64,000 nt of DNA from NCBI GenBank assembly GCA_001179505.1, contig CDMY01000624.1:62001-126000 (forward strand). Direction: 5' to 3'. This document shows, piece after piece, positions 25,369 to 41,300 of this stretch (positions are counted from its first letter, which is position 1; each line of letters starts with the position of its first letter). Both the position numbers and the translations under genes were made by a program. The stretch is from Vitrella brassicaformis CCMP3155 (taxonomy: Eukaryota > Protista > Chromerida). The notes below the pieces were generated by a model. That model saw only the letters and a program-made list of their open reading frames with translations. It was not told the origin of the DNA and searched no databases.

Positions 25369-28300
25369 CTATCTAGTCGATCTATCGGGATGTCTCAGTC
25401 TCCTCTGCAGCTCCGGAGGGGGATTCAGCACCAGATAGGCCGTGTATGTCCTTCTGCGAGCCTCCAACCCTCCGTCAATGTCATGTGGCCGCCACCTCAC
25501 TTCCTGTGGCGTAGAATGGCGTCGTTGGTGTGCCCCGTAGAAGGATGATGGAAGGGGGACAGAGGCACGATGCTCGGCCCGCGGCTGAACCTGGATGGAT
25601 ACACGCAAGGGCGCAAGATAAGACAGTCACTCACGCCCGTCTTGCCTTGCTTTCTCTCTCACCCGTCCATTTTTCCTCCTGGGACCCTCACGCCTCATCG
25701 GGCCTCCAGTGGTTGTGTCCCGCCCGTCAGCCCTCCACTCACGTGTCATCCAATCAGCAGCCGTCGACTCACTGGCGGACTGTTGTGAGTCGTGTTGCAG
25801 GCGAATCGCATCCTCATGAAAGGAAAATAAAGGCTCGGCAGGGGCTGGAGGGCGTGGGGGTGGGGGTGGGACTGGCGGTGGCGGCACAGCTGGAGGAGTA
25901 AGAGACACCTGTACGGACATGCTTCGTTGGGTGACGTCTGCCAGAGACGGAGCCGTATCTTTGTTCGCCTTGTTGCTGGGAACCGAGGGTGGATCTTTCC
26001 GCCTTGCAGCCAGCATTTCTCCAAGCCCTTGGGCAACCAATTCCTCAGCTCTCAGCGGTGGCTGGGGGCACTTGTCCGCCCCATAATCAGCCACTGGCTC
26101 GCTGGATGCAGCCACGGTGTCTTCTTGAATCATGAGAAGCGTTGTCTGTGTGGCCTTGGTAGCCACTTTGGGCGGTTGCCGCGACATCGTTGGCTGCCGG
26201 AGTTTCCTCAGTGCCATGATGACGGACCACGGGGACGCCAAGGATGCAAACGACATCACGGTCTCGCTTGGCTCCTTTGCAGCGCCGCGGTTTCTGAACG
26301 TGTCAACGTGCTCGACATACACGCTGGAGGGAGGCACACACAAGAGAGACACACTGTCTTGCGGCTCCGGTGTTCACTGGTGTAATATGGCTCACACAGC
26401 AATGGCCACAGCAGCAACACCGATGTTGACCACGACCCAGAAGGACGCCACGAGAGCATCCATCATGGGCATCGTGGGCACGGGAGTCGCCATTACCTCA
26501 GGCAAGAATGCACCTGAACATGGCATGGCAAGTGGATATCCTCAGCAGATGGAATAAAACATTGCATCCTTCATCATCTATCGTATACAAAGGAAGGCCG
26601 ACCTGGCTGCACAAGGTGTCTGTCGCATCGCCCCTGACACGTCACGAGCCGCTCGAGAGTCTCGCCGTCCAGCCGGCACTCTCCTCCAGTAATGTTGGGG
26701 TGACGCCTTTGCTTCCTCCATTTGCGACCGCTCTTGTCGACTGTCACCTCGGCGTTCTCCCAGGGTGACAGGGGGCACGAGGGAAGCTGCCCTTCTGGGG
26801 TGATTGGCGTTGTGGGATGGACGAGGCCGACTGGACGAAGCCAGTCACTTGTGGAGGGGGGCGTTTCGGGCGGAGACGGTCTCGGTGAGGGCGCTGGTCT
26901 TTGCGCAGCGGGTCGTTCAGGCTCAGAAACTTGCTCCAATGGGACATCCGTCGCCCGTACCATCGTCTCGTGTTTCTCGTCTTTTGGTGGCTGCTCTGTG
27001 GGTATCACTTTTGTTGTGTCGTCGGCCGTCTCTGTTAGGTGCTGCTCATATGGGATTGATTGTCCTGGGATCGGCATTTCAGATCTCTTCTGATCCTCTG
27101 CAGCTTGCTCGGGCTCGGGAAGTACCCTTCCTTCTTCTTTCTGCTGCCTTAGAGCGGCTTCGGCTTCCGCCACGGCTTCAGAGGTCTTCTCCTGCTCTGT
27201 TTGCACCGGTTGGCCTGGCCTCGGCACTTCGGGCGTCCCCTGTTGCTTTGGTTCTTCAGAAGCAGGCTTGAGAAGCACGTCTGGCTGTTGTGGTTCTTCA
27301 GTCGGCTTGTCTTTGGGCTTTGCCGCTGCTTTCTCCTCTGATCGGATTCGTGTCTCAGCCATGAGCACCTTCCCCGCTTCTTCACTTCCTGTGTCGTTGC
27401 GGCCGGGCGGCAACACGGTTGTCAGCCATTTCCACGCCCGATTGGCAGCCTCCGTCACGAATCGTCTACCTGGCCTCTGTGATTGATGAGTGGCCTCATG
27501 AGACACACGTGGCACTTGCGTGCCCGCCGTCGCATTGCTGGGTCCTTCGTGAGCCCCTGGCGTTGCCGTCTCGTCCATCTGCTTCGTCATCGCCTCTTTC
27601 ATCCGCGCAGTCATGGCCTGGAGTGTCCCAAGTGGATCTGCTCGCATCACCACAATCTCCCACGCCCATTTCGCTTTAGAGTGGACAGCCGCCAGCTGAG
27701 GGAAGAGCTCAAGCACGCGATTCATGGGCACGTCAGTGGCTGTTGCGGTTGTGTCAGGGCGCGGCGTTGGCTCGTTGGCTGATGGCTGAAGTCCCGTGTC
27801 TTCTGTGAAGGGTGCGTCGCCGCGCCACTGCATGGTCTTTGGTGTCTTGTCAAGCACGTCAAGTGGTACTTGTTGGAGCAGGTGTGGGCTTTCGCCACCC
27901 CATCCGATGCCCCGACGGTAGAGACTCGCGTGGACGGAGAAGGATGTCACAGAGCCCCAGCGCTGCTTGCGGGACAGACTGCAGGAAACACACAAGACGA
28001 GCAGCCGGTCTCTTGCTGTCCCCTGCTTGTGGCTGACAGCCTACGTCTTGATTCGGTCGATCGGCGCGTGGAGTGCGATGGACGAGTCACAAGTGACAAA
28101 CAGGCAGGATGGGTGCCAAAGCCACTCCCAATGCCATGTCTCGATCGATGGCGGAGAGACACCATGCCACCTCACACTCGCCTACGGGAATCCAACCGAC
28201 AAGGCAGCGGTCTCAAGTTTGATACTCGAGTGTTTTTGCTGGGCTCTAACTCACTCACTCACTTCGAGGGCAACCCAGTATGCAGTGAAGAGGCCGGTGT

Positions 28301-29167
28301 TCCGCATGCCTCGCCAATGCACGTCAAGGGACCCACTGTCCAGAGCTAGCACACTTGGCACTGACAGCTGCAGCCGCACAGTGAGAGAATCGACTGCAAT
28401 CAAGTCCGCCAAGATGCCCACACTGAGACATAAGAACACCGTGTCGTGTTGCGTGCCCTTCCCTCCCTCCCTCCCTCCCTCCGTCCCAGACCTACCCACC
28501 CATCAAACATCCTCAGCTCGTACTCGCCCTCGACCAACGGGGCCTCCAGCCGAAGCTCCCCCGAGTAAGCTTCGCTCTCAAGGGGGTGGGGGAAGCTGTC
28601 GCTCTTCTTGGTCCACTGCCATGCCCTCCCCTTCCCACCCTTGTGCCCTTCGCACACCAAAGCGACATCGGCGCGACAAATGGCGACGTAGGACCGGATC
28701 AGACGCTCCTCAGTGAGGCCATGCCAAGCGACTCTGACGCCCCAGCCGGCGGGAGACATCCCGGGGCCGACAACCTGCGCGGACAGAGACACAGGCAGGG
28801 GCCAATTGATTTGACGGGCGCGGTCCATTCATTGGTTTATTTTACCTTGATTGGCGGTTCTGTTGTCCATTTTTTGTCATCCTGTCTGTCCTCGATGGCC
28901 AGCCGAGGCGCCAGATGCTCCGCCCATGATCCGGGTCCATACCGCAGAAACTGTCGCCGCAGCCACACCTGAAAGAGAGAGCAGCCACAGCATGCAGCAC
29001 TGCCGACATGCACACCTGGTCCATCCCTCTGCTGGTCCTCATGAGCTTACCCATGCTTCAGCTCCGGGCGGGCTTGTTCTCGTGGGCGAGGAAACGGTCT
29101 CAAGGGAGAGAGTGCATGCGCAGCAGGCGAGGCAAGTTAGGAGAGCCAGCAGCCTTCGAAAACACAT
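25369..29167 (-). CDS. Predicted type I membrane protein: signal peptide, Trp-containing beta-sandwich-like repeats, long Pro/Glu/Gln/Thr stalk, TM helix, proline-rich tail
   Basis: Signal MCFRRLLALLTCLACCACTLS from ATG 29167; in-phase splices lead through VRVAWHGLTEE..EAPLVEGEYELRMF, LDVHWRGM..YWVALE, ASVRWHGV into ORF 26574-27995, then TM ALVASFWVVVNIGVAAVAIAVVYV and PPAVPPPPVPPPPPRPPAP. The last exon and stop are uncertain. Confidence 0.6.
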
Positions 29168-29171
29168 GAGG

Positions 29172-29245
29172 CCCAACTTTGCGAGCTTAACTTGAAGGCT
29201 CGCAAAGTACTTTGCGAGCTTAACTTGAAGGCTCGCAAAGTTGGG
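29172..29245. repeat. 74-nt nested palindrome: two tandem 33-nt hairpin units flanked by ccca/tggg
   Basis: Unit actttgcgagc-ttaacttgaag-gctcgcaaagt at 29176-29208 and 29209-29241; each has a perfect 11-bp stem; the outer ends form a 15-bp inverted repeat and the junction a 22-nt perfect palindrome. Confidence 0.95.
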
Positions 29246-29419
29246 AACTGGCAGCATTCCTGTGCTTGTGGTGTAGTATGGATGCCCTTTGCCACTAGCT
29301 GCCTCTGACCTATTCTTTGGGGATCCCGTAGCTTCATCCGTCGGTTGTCTCGGTATCTCGGGTCTCCCCAAGACCTGTCTCTGCCTCCGGCCTAACCCAT
29401 GCTCCCCTGATTGCTCCCC

Positions 29420-32301
<2,882 letters not shown>

Positions 32302-35300
32302 TGTATGTGAGTCAGTGAGGGACGGATGGTGGGCAGCCAGGCAGGTGGTTTAATCAAGTGGATGGATGGATGAACGCGATTTGAATGAGATCCATACCAT
32401 ACGTATGATGCGTGCTTGCTGTGCGAGTGAGTGAGTGGAGGGAGGAGGCATGATCTACCTGCCGACCTGCCTGCCTGCCCGCCTGGCTCTTCTGGGGGCG
32501 AGCCTACATGTCTGTCTGTGTGTCTGCGTACGTACCTGTCTTTGTGAGTACCTACCTACCTGTCTCATGCTGGCGAGTGAGCGGATGGATGGATGGGTGA
32601 GCGAGCGATTTGTGGTGCCGTATGTTTGTTTGTTGCTTGGCTTGCTTGGCTTGCTTTCTTTGTGCTCGGCTGTGTATGTCTGTGTATCTTTGTTTGTACC
32701 TGTGTGTAAGTTGCCTTCCTTCCTTGTACCTACCTACCAACCACACCTCACCAACCGTTCTGAGTGCGGCACGCACGCACACACACGTGGACACACTAAC
32801 GGACGGACGGACGGACGGACGCACACTCATCCATCTCACCGCACCTCACCTATGCACATCTGCTGATGGATGAAATGGATGCTCATATGTGGGTGGTGCG
32901 ATGGGCGGGCCGTGCTGTGCTGTGGTGTGGGGTGTGGCTGAATGGGAGAGCGATCACGTCTGGATGAATGGATGGATGGATGGCTGTCACGCCCCCTGCG
33001 GTAGTGACTGCAGAGGGGGTTTTTCAACACTCACACGGACGGACGGACAAACGGACGGAGGGACGGATGGATGCCCGGATGGATCGATGAATATGGCCGA
33101 CACACTCACACACGTTCACACATACATATACATGCTACACGTGAGCTGCTTTTCATGCCGTGTCAGGCAGGCAGGCAGGCAGGCAGGCAGATGGCGTGGT
33201 GATGGAGGTGGTGGGCAGGGCAGGGCATTGCAGGGGAGGGGGAGGGGAGAGAGCCCGTGTGTTCTCGTCAATGAGCGATGGATGGATGTATCATAAGTGA
33301 GGCGAGACGAGAGGCCAGCCGGCAGGCTGCCTCTCTGTCCCTCTCTGAGTGAGTCAACGGACTTTTTCCCAGCCCCCTGCCGATCGATCCCCCGCCCTAT
33401 CTATCTTGTCTACCTCTCTGTCTGTCTGTCTGTCTGTCTGTCCATCCCTTCTCTGGGTCTGGATGGCACGCAAGCACGCACCAGCACGAGTGTCCTGCAC
33501 AGCCGGCCTCCCCTCACACACACACGCTGCCCTCTTCTTTGTCTTCTCAACGACTTGCCTGTCCATATTCTGACGATCACACTGATCGAGAGAGACAGCC
33601 GAGGTTTGTTGTTTTCTTGGAATGAGTGGATGGGTTATTTTGACACGAGTTGGTTGGATGGTTGGTTGCTCATGAGGCGTCTTTTTTTGAGCACGATAAG
33701 TGGTTCGTGGCTGCCTCTCTGGGACTGCAATGGACGGCACACAACGATAGACAGACTGACGGACAGGTAGACGGACTGATGGACGACGAGTGGACGGACG
33801 ATAGACAGACATACCGTAGCCAACAAAGCAGGGGAGGCTGCTTTGTTTCTTTCCCCTCTTTCTTTGCTGACGTGCTCTGTGTTGTTTGTGGTAGTGTTTG
33901 CTGGTGTGTGTTTTGCGTGTGGGGCTGGCGCTGGGGCTGAAGGTGCGGTTGTTTGTTTGTTGTCTGTCTGATTTGATGCCTACCTCCTGCTGCCAACGTG
34001 CCAACGTGCCTGAGCAACTGGGTTTTTTTCCCCACCTGTACCTTACCTTACACGAGCGACGAAGCTGAGACGGCATCCATATGCAGCATGATGCATGAGG
34101 GTGTTGTGGTGTGGTGTGGTGTGTTGTGTGGCGTAATGTGACTACCGTGCGAGTGGAGGGGAGAGGGGGAGGGGGAGGGAGGTGTGTGAGGTGAGTATCT
34201 GTCTATCTATCGCTTCTGACGCTGGCTTGGCTTGGTGAAGGATTGACGATGAGTGGGGCAGGTCCCTTTTCCGTCCCTCTGTTGATATATAGTAGCTGGC
34301 CACACGCACAAACACAAACACACACATACACTTACACGATCGGTGGATGGATGGATGGATCGATGGTGGTCATGCCGCCTCTCCTCCAAAACCGCCACCA
34401 TGACGACGAGAAGCAAGTTCCTTTCCTCTCTCCTCTCTCTTGCACTCACGCGCCACAACACACGTGTGCATAATTGAGACTGAGCATCAAGGGCGCGAGC
34501 CTCTGATGGGCTGGCTGCCCTTTTATTAAGCTGGAAGGGGAGGAATGGAGGGACGGACGGATGGTTGGGTGGGTGGGGGCCTGTTTGTTGTGTCGGCTTG
34601 TCCTCTGGCGGGCTGTCTGTCTGTCTGATGGACCTCTCTCTTTCTCGACCGAGCTAGATAGACTCGTAGACCCTAGGACACTCACTCATGCCATGCTATG
34701 CTATGCCGATTGTGGCAAGGCAACTCCCCACCCTCCCTCTCCCCCTCCCTCACTGACTGTCTCTCATTCTTTGGCCTGGCTGCCTGCGACTTGGACAGGG
34801 AGGGGAGGGATGGAGAGAAGGAGGGAGGGATAGCTAGCACTCGAGAGAGAGAGAGAGAGACCAGGATGGACTTGCTGCATGCTGCCCCTTGATTGAGGCT
34901 GCGTAGTGTACTGCTGCTGCTGCGCCTGATGCTGTTGATGCTACTGCTGCTGCATGTGTTGCTGCTGTGGTGCTGTCTGTCTGTGTGTTGGTGATGTTAC
35001 TGGTGCGGCTGTATTTTTCGCCATTTGAGCTCAACTGCGGGCTGATGGTGAAATGTGCTGTGTGCGAGAGAGAGGGAGAGGAGAGGAGGGGAGAGGAGAT
35101 GACGGGAGAGGGGGTGTCTTCCCTGTCTGATGCAGTGGCTGCCTTGCCTCTCTGTCTGCACGCCCGCCCTTCCACAATGCCACACACAGATCGGTCGGTC
35201 GGTCGGTCGGTCCATCCCATCCACCCACTTCCCTCGCATCCACCCATCCCATCCAGCCATTCACTCATTCACTCATTCATCCACAAACACACCACACATG

Positions 35301-38300
35301 ACTCGATCGGGTCGATCGCTCATCCATCATCTTTTTGCCGTCGTTGAGTTGTAGGGTGTCTGGCAGTCTTAGTCTGTGTCCCTGTCTGTCTTTTTGGTGC
35401 CTCCATCTTCCTGCCATACGAATGATCGAGATCACCTCCTACCTGTTTGGATGTGCACACGTGCCCACACCGCCATGATATTTCTCGTTGTCGCCATCCA
35501 CCCCCACACCGACTCACTGCCCTCTTCCATCTCGTCTCGTCTCGTCTCATGTCGCGGTCGTGACGTCTTCACCGAGTCGCTTTTGTGCATGCCGTGCCAT
35601 GCCGTGGTCAAGTCAGTCCGTCAAGTGAGAAAGCGAGAATTCGGCTCGAGTGGACACCTGATGTCAGATCGCGGTGGAGCGGGACGGAGGGAGGGAGGGA
35701 GGGAGAGGTGTCGTTGTCTCTCTCTTTCGTGCCACCAACCCAATCCTTCTTTGTTCGGTGATGCTCTGCACAAGGATGTTAGTCGACGTTAGGACCTACC
35801 TAGTCAGTCGTTCATTCCTTCGTGGGGTGGGTGGGTTCTGTTTGTCGTTCTAGCCAGCTAGAAATGGATGGACCGAGTCATCTATCTCATCGATCGCTCT
35901 CTTTCTTACGTTAGGGCGGGGCGGGGCGGGTGACTGTGTGTGGGGCAGGGCAGGGATAGGNNNNNNNNNNNNNNNNNNNNNNNNNNNNNNNNNNNNNNNN
36001 NNNNNNNNNNNNNNNNNNNNNNNNNNNNNNNNNNNNNNNNNNNNNNNNNNNNNNNNNNNNNNNNNNNNNNNNNNNNNNNNNNNNNNNNNNNNNNNNNNNN
36101 NNNNNNNNNNNNNNNNNNNNNNNNNNNNNNNNNNNNNNNNNNNNNNNNNNNNNNNNNNNNNNNNNNNNNNNNNNNNNNNNNNNNNNNNNNNNNNNNNNNN
36201 NNNNNNNNNNNNNNNNNNNNNNNNNNNNNNNNNNNNNNNNNNNNNNNNNNNNNNNNNNNNGGCGTTTGTTGCGTATGGGTGGGTGGGAGGGTGGGTCAAT
36301 GCAATGCATACAAATCATACGCACGGACGGGCGGAACCCTGGCTGGGCTGTCGGCTCTCTGCGTGGGTACCAACCATCGCTCGATGGCCGGTGGGAAGGG
36401 CGCGCCACACATCGTTCGCTCGACGGCCGAGCTCTCTCATTCTGTCATTCTCTCTCAGCGCGCCTCGCCTCGCCTCGCCTCGCCTCGTCGCGTCGCGTGT
36501 GTCGCGTGTTGGTCTCTGGGTCGATCTGTGGTACGTGGTGCATTGGGCCTGGCCCCTCTGATGAGTGACTGACTGACTGACGTGAGGACTCTCACGGATG
36601 TCAGTCACGCCATCCACGCCCGCCCGTCCACCCACATAAGTACATACGCTCACACATGCAGCGAGCTACATCCTGCATCCATCTAATCTATCTGCCTACT
36701 AGTTGAGCTGTCCATGGCTCTCTGTCTGCCTGTCTGCCTGTCGTGTGTGTGGTGTACTGTATTGTAAGAGGGCTTGGCGACGTACGGGTGTACGTAAGTC
36801 ACTACAGGCGGCGACAGGAGACGATATGGGAGGAGAGGGAGGGGAGGGAGGGGGGCGTCACACATTGCACTCACTGCATTCTTTGTATTGTTTTGCTGCT
36901 ATATGGATGGATGGATGGATGGATAATGGCTGCCTGCCTGCCCTCCTGCAGCTGGGGCGTCTGTTTTATGGATGGACGGATGGATCGATCGGTCGATGCG
37001 GTCGTTGGTTCCCCCGTTGATACCTACGTGACATCATGACATGAGGATGGTACCATCCCATCCATGTGTGCGGCTGCATTGCGTTCCATTGCGTTGCATT
37101 GCGTGAGTGCATCCTTGTGTATTTAGTGCCTGTTGTGGGGGGTTTGACAGAGGGAGAGAGAGAGAGAGAGAGACAGAGAGACGAGCAGGCGCACTGACAA
37201 GAGCACATAGAGTCAGTAGATCAGCGAGCGGAGCGATCGAGCGGTGATGAGTATTTTTGTGCCTTCTGCCGTGGTGTCAGAGGCACTTTCCACCCACCCA
37301 CACATACGAGCGGACAGACAAGACAGGCAGACAGACAGAGAGCAGCGTAGCCATGCCATGCATGAGACCGTAGGCAGAGAGACCGAGTCGATACGATACA
37401 TGACATGTCTGTGTGTGGGATGGACACACGAACGAACGAACGAACGAAGGAGCGAAGGGGCGAACGAACTGATGGACCCACCCACCACTGCTGACTGAAT
37501 GCATACGCCTTGCCAACCAACCCTACTTGCTCATGCCGACTGACTTGCTCGAGTGCATGTGTGTGTGCGTGCGTGCGTGTAATGTCTTGTGGGCAGAGTT
37601 GCCCACACATGATGCAACTCTGCTTCAAGAGAGAGTGAGGGAGAGAGCCCAACACACATTAACCTGATGGACGACTTGCTGACCGGCAGGGAGAGATGAG
37701 GGAGGGAGAGAGGGAGGGAGGTGCGTATGGCATGGCCCTATGTGGATGCTGCTGCTGCCGCTGGGGGCCGCTGGCTGCTACTCGTGTGCGCGTGGCGTGG
37801 CCTTGGTGCTCTCCTGCATGAGCTTTTTTGTCCGCCTCTGTGGACAGAGAAAGAGACACAAGCAAGGCAAGAGGGTGAGTGAGTGCCCAACAGGGGCCCT
37901 CCTTGTTTGCCCCTCATCGACAGACAGACAGACAGGCCTGCCTTTCAATACAGGAGAGAAAATGACAGGGGCAGGTGAGAGGCGTCCCTCATTCCGCCGT
38001 TCGTCTGTCCGTCCGTTCGTCTGTCTGTGCGCACTCACTCACCTTTTTTTGGTGCCCTACTGGCTGACTGACCCATGGAGGCCTGCCTGCCTGCCTTGTC
38101 CTTGACCCACTCACTCGGTTGTCTGCCTCGTCCCCTGTGTGGTGGTTGCCGGCTGCCATGCATGCACTTGATTCATGATTCATGGTGCCCTCGCTCGCTG
38201 TGTCGTGTCGTCTCGTGTTGTGTTGTGATGATGTCCCTCCCGGTTGGATGCACAAAGCGCTGCATGCCCGCCCGCCTGAGTGGATGGATGGATGGATAGA

Positions 38301-41300
38301 TGGACGAATGGGATGGCTGACCTGACCAATTAAGCTGGCTGGCTGGCTGCAGTGGCTGCGTGCATGATGACGGCATGGCTGGCTGGCTGGCCGATCGATG
38401 TTACATACATACATACATGTGTGCACGTGAGTGTTCTGGGTGGGTGGGTGGGTGGGGGGAAGGGGGAGAGAGGGAGGGAGACCAAGCAGGCAGGCTATTG
38501 CCTCACTCGATGGTCGATCTGGTCACTCATTCCGCATGGGTTGGCGCGTGCAGCGCGTGCTTGCCTGCTTGTCTTCTCTCCAGCACAAGCCGCGCTCAGA
38601 TCCAATCGTATCTCTATTGTCCCTAGCTAGGTATCTCTCTGTCGGTGTGTTCATTTTGTCGGCTGCTACTGCTGACTGACTGACTGACCCACTCACTCAC
38701 TACTCATCTGCTGGCTGTCGGGCTCCTCCTTGCCTCCGCCGCTTTCCGTCCGGCCGTCCCCCTGACTGACTGACTGACTGACTGACATGACTTGATCCAT
38801 CCATCCATTCTGTCTGCCCGGCGAGTGCAGGCGTGTTTTTACGCGCTGCCACACCAGACTGACAGAGACACTGACAGACAGACAGCTATGCAAATTGAGG
38901 CAGGCAAGGAGCTGACATGCTGGCTGGCTGGCTGGGGGGGGAGAGGGATGGCACCCTATTTCACGTTTGGAAGGGCTGGATGTGTGGTGGACTTGGGCGG
39001 GGGAGGGGGTGGGGGGTTTTGCCGACCGAGAAGCTGACGAATGAAGGTCAGATCCAGCCACATACCATACGCACACACATGCGTCACTCACGTCCACACG
39101 AGTCTGGAGTTTACACCCTCACAAGAAGAGAAGACAGGAGAAGGAAAGAGGTGTGCCTCGTCTCGCTTACTTCTACGGCGGGCGCGACACCCCCCAATTA
39201 ACCGACTGACTGACTGACGAAAGGCTGGTTTTGTACCCATCTATCTATCTTCCAACCTACTGAATGGGGCAGACAGAAAGACGACCGACAGACTGACTGA
39301 CTGACTGTGCGTGCAGTTTTGATGCGATGCTACCAACCCACACATGAATATGCATGACACAACCAACCAACAAAGCGAATGAGGGAGCCGAGCCTCCACA
39401 CTGCAGAGAGATACCTCTTTCCGGGTACATGCGTGGCCTCTCGCTGTCTTGTCTTGACCCCCCCGCCTCACCTCACCCTGCCGGGGGAAGTCGGTCTCAC
39501 CGGCTGGCTGGCTGGCTGTTTGTTGCTGCTGTTTGTCGACTGGCTTGGTTGGTTGGCCTGGCTAGCTGCTGCACATTTTTTGTCCGTCCCGCCCACTCAC
39601 TCCCTCGCTATAGCTGGCGACGATGGTTGATACGAACGAACCGCAGACACACAGAGAATCGGGGGCGGGGGTGCGTGTGTAAGGGAGAGAAAGACTGGAT
39701 GCTTTCCTTCTGGGCTGGGTGTTTTCTTTCTTTCTCATTGGGAGCTAATTAAAGGGATGGCTGGGGGGCAGGGGAGGGAGGGAGGGAGGGGAGGGGTGTG
39801 TGATACCTGCGAAGAACACCAAACGGACCTGTTGCTTGGCTTGCTGCTATGAAAATGTGTGCGCGTGCTCTGCTGACTGACTGACTGAGTGGATGGATAT
39901 GGATTGGATGAGTGCCGGTGCTACCTACATGTGCCTATTTATTGGTTTGGTTGGTCTCTGCTATCAATCCATGTCATGTGCGCGTGTGGCTGCGTGCTGT
40001 GCTGTGCTGTTTCTATTATCAATGGTCGGTCGATCAGGGGAATGAATGGACGCCTACACATCACACAGCACACAACAACACCAACACACAGGGGGGATTT
40101 TTTCCAAAGGAGGGAGGGAGGGAGGGAGCGTGGGTGGCGAGTGTGGTTTTTCACCCTGTGTGAGTGAGTGAGACCGTTGCGGCTAGTCTGGATGGATGGA
40201 TGGATGGGAGGCCAGGTGACACAAAGCGTCCCGCCTCACCACTAACTGGGCCACAGATAGATGCATAGACATGCTATCGCTGAACAACTGTCGACGAGTC
40301 CTTCCCGATCCGTTGGAGTGTTTGCTCGGCACGCCATCCGCGGCAGATCGGCCCGTTGCCACGTGGCTGGTCTGCAAAGGACGGTGGTGGCGAGGCTGAC
40401 ACATCAACGTATCGTCAAGGACCGAATGGATTTCCTCTTGAGTCAGTTGCCCGAATGCCTTTGTCGGAGCGGTGGGCCGGCTCTTCTTGATCACACGAGT
40501 CCCGCCGAGCAGACGGTGGGGCTGTGTGTCATCGGGAGGGGCTGGCTCCCCGATCCAGAAGGCAGGTTAAGGGCCGATGGATGGATGCATGGGTTTTCTT
40601 GAGGCGGTGGAAACGATGGACTGACGGATGCAGATGCTTGCCGGGTTTTCTTTCTTGTGTGGCCCCGGGGACATACCGTCATCAATCATCACAACACCTA
40701 TCTAGACACATGGTCGATCGATCGCGTGTATAGTAGCAACCAGTGGGATACACTGGCTGGGTCTGGATGGCTGGCTGGATGGGAGGGAGGGAGGGTGTCC
40801 AACACGCACTACACTACACTCACTGGTGCATTGCATTCACACACGCGTAAATGCGGAGGTATGCGTGTGTACGTCGGTCACTTTGCTACTTCTCTCGTTG
40901 CCTGCGTGGCTGGGCTCGTGTTGGCTGCGCTGGCTGCCACCGGCCCTGTCCTGCCCACCCGCAACGTGCCGCGCCTGCCTATGTGTCCGCCCAGGTGATG
41001 TCTGTCTGTGAGTCTGCCTGCCTGCACGTATGAGTGCACACTGCCTGGGGCCGTATGTAGACACACACACACACGTACATACACTACGCTCACCTCCTCA
41101 CTGTCACTCGTGGACTGACTTACTTCAGACTACACTTGGGGCCATTGGCTGGCTTGACTAATGAACTGTTTTTTCTCCTTCCCTCCCTCCATCCCTCTCC
41201 AACTCACCAACTCACAAACACTTTCTGTCTGTCTCTCTGTCTGTCTGTCTGTCTGTCGTCTGCTCTCGTCTCACTCACTCACTCACGAGTGTCTGTCGTT

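Noticed and set aside
27967-28716. 249-aa plus-strand ORF and the signal-like ORF at 26132-26557
   Set aside because: Both overlap phase-consistent minus-strand exons of the membrane protein gene.
29176-29241. 33-nt palindromic direct repeat resembling a CRISPR repeat
   Set aside because: Only two units, no spacer, no cas genes, eukaryotic context. Kept as a palindromic element instead.
34941-34943. Possible TAG-to-Gln reassignment as in ciliates
   Set aside because: TAG terminates well-supported genes (e.g. DUF1295 at 11366) and no conserved gene has internal TAG/TAA.
33381-40724. Recurrent CGATCGAT palindromes (33381, 35889, 36983, 38392, 40714), reminiscent of cyanobacterial HIP1 or a methylation site
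   Set aside because: Consistent with one more tetranucleotide repeat class; enrichment cannot be tested by eye.
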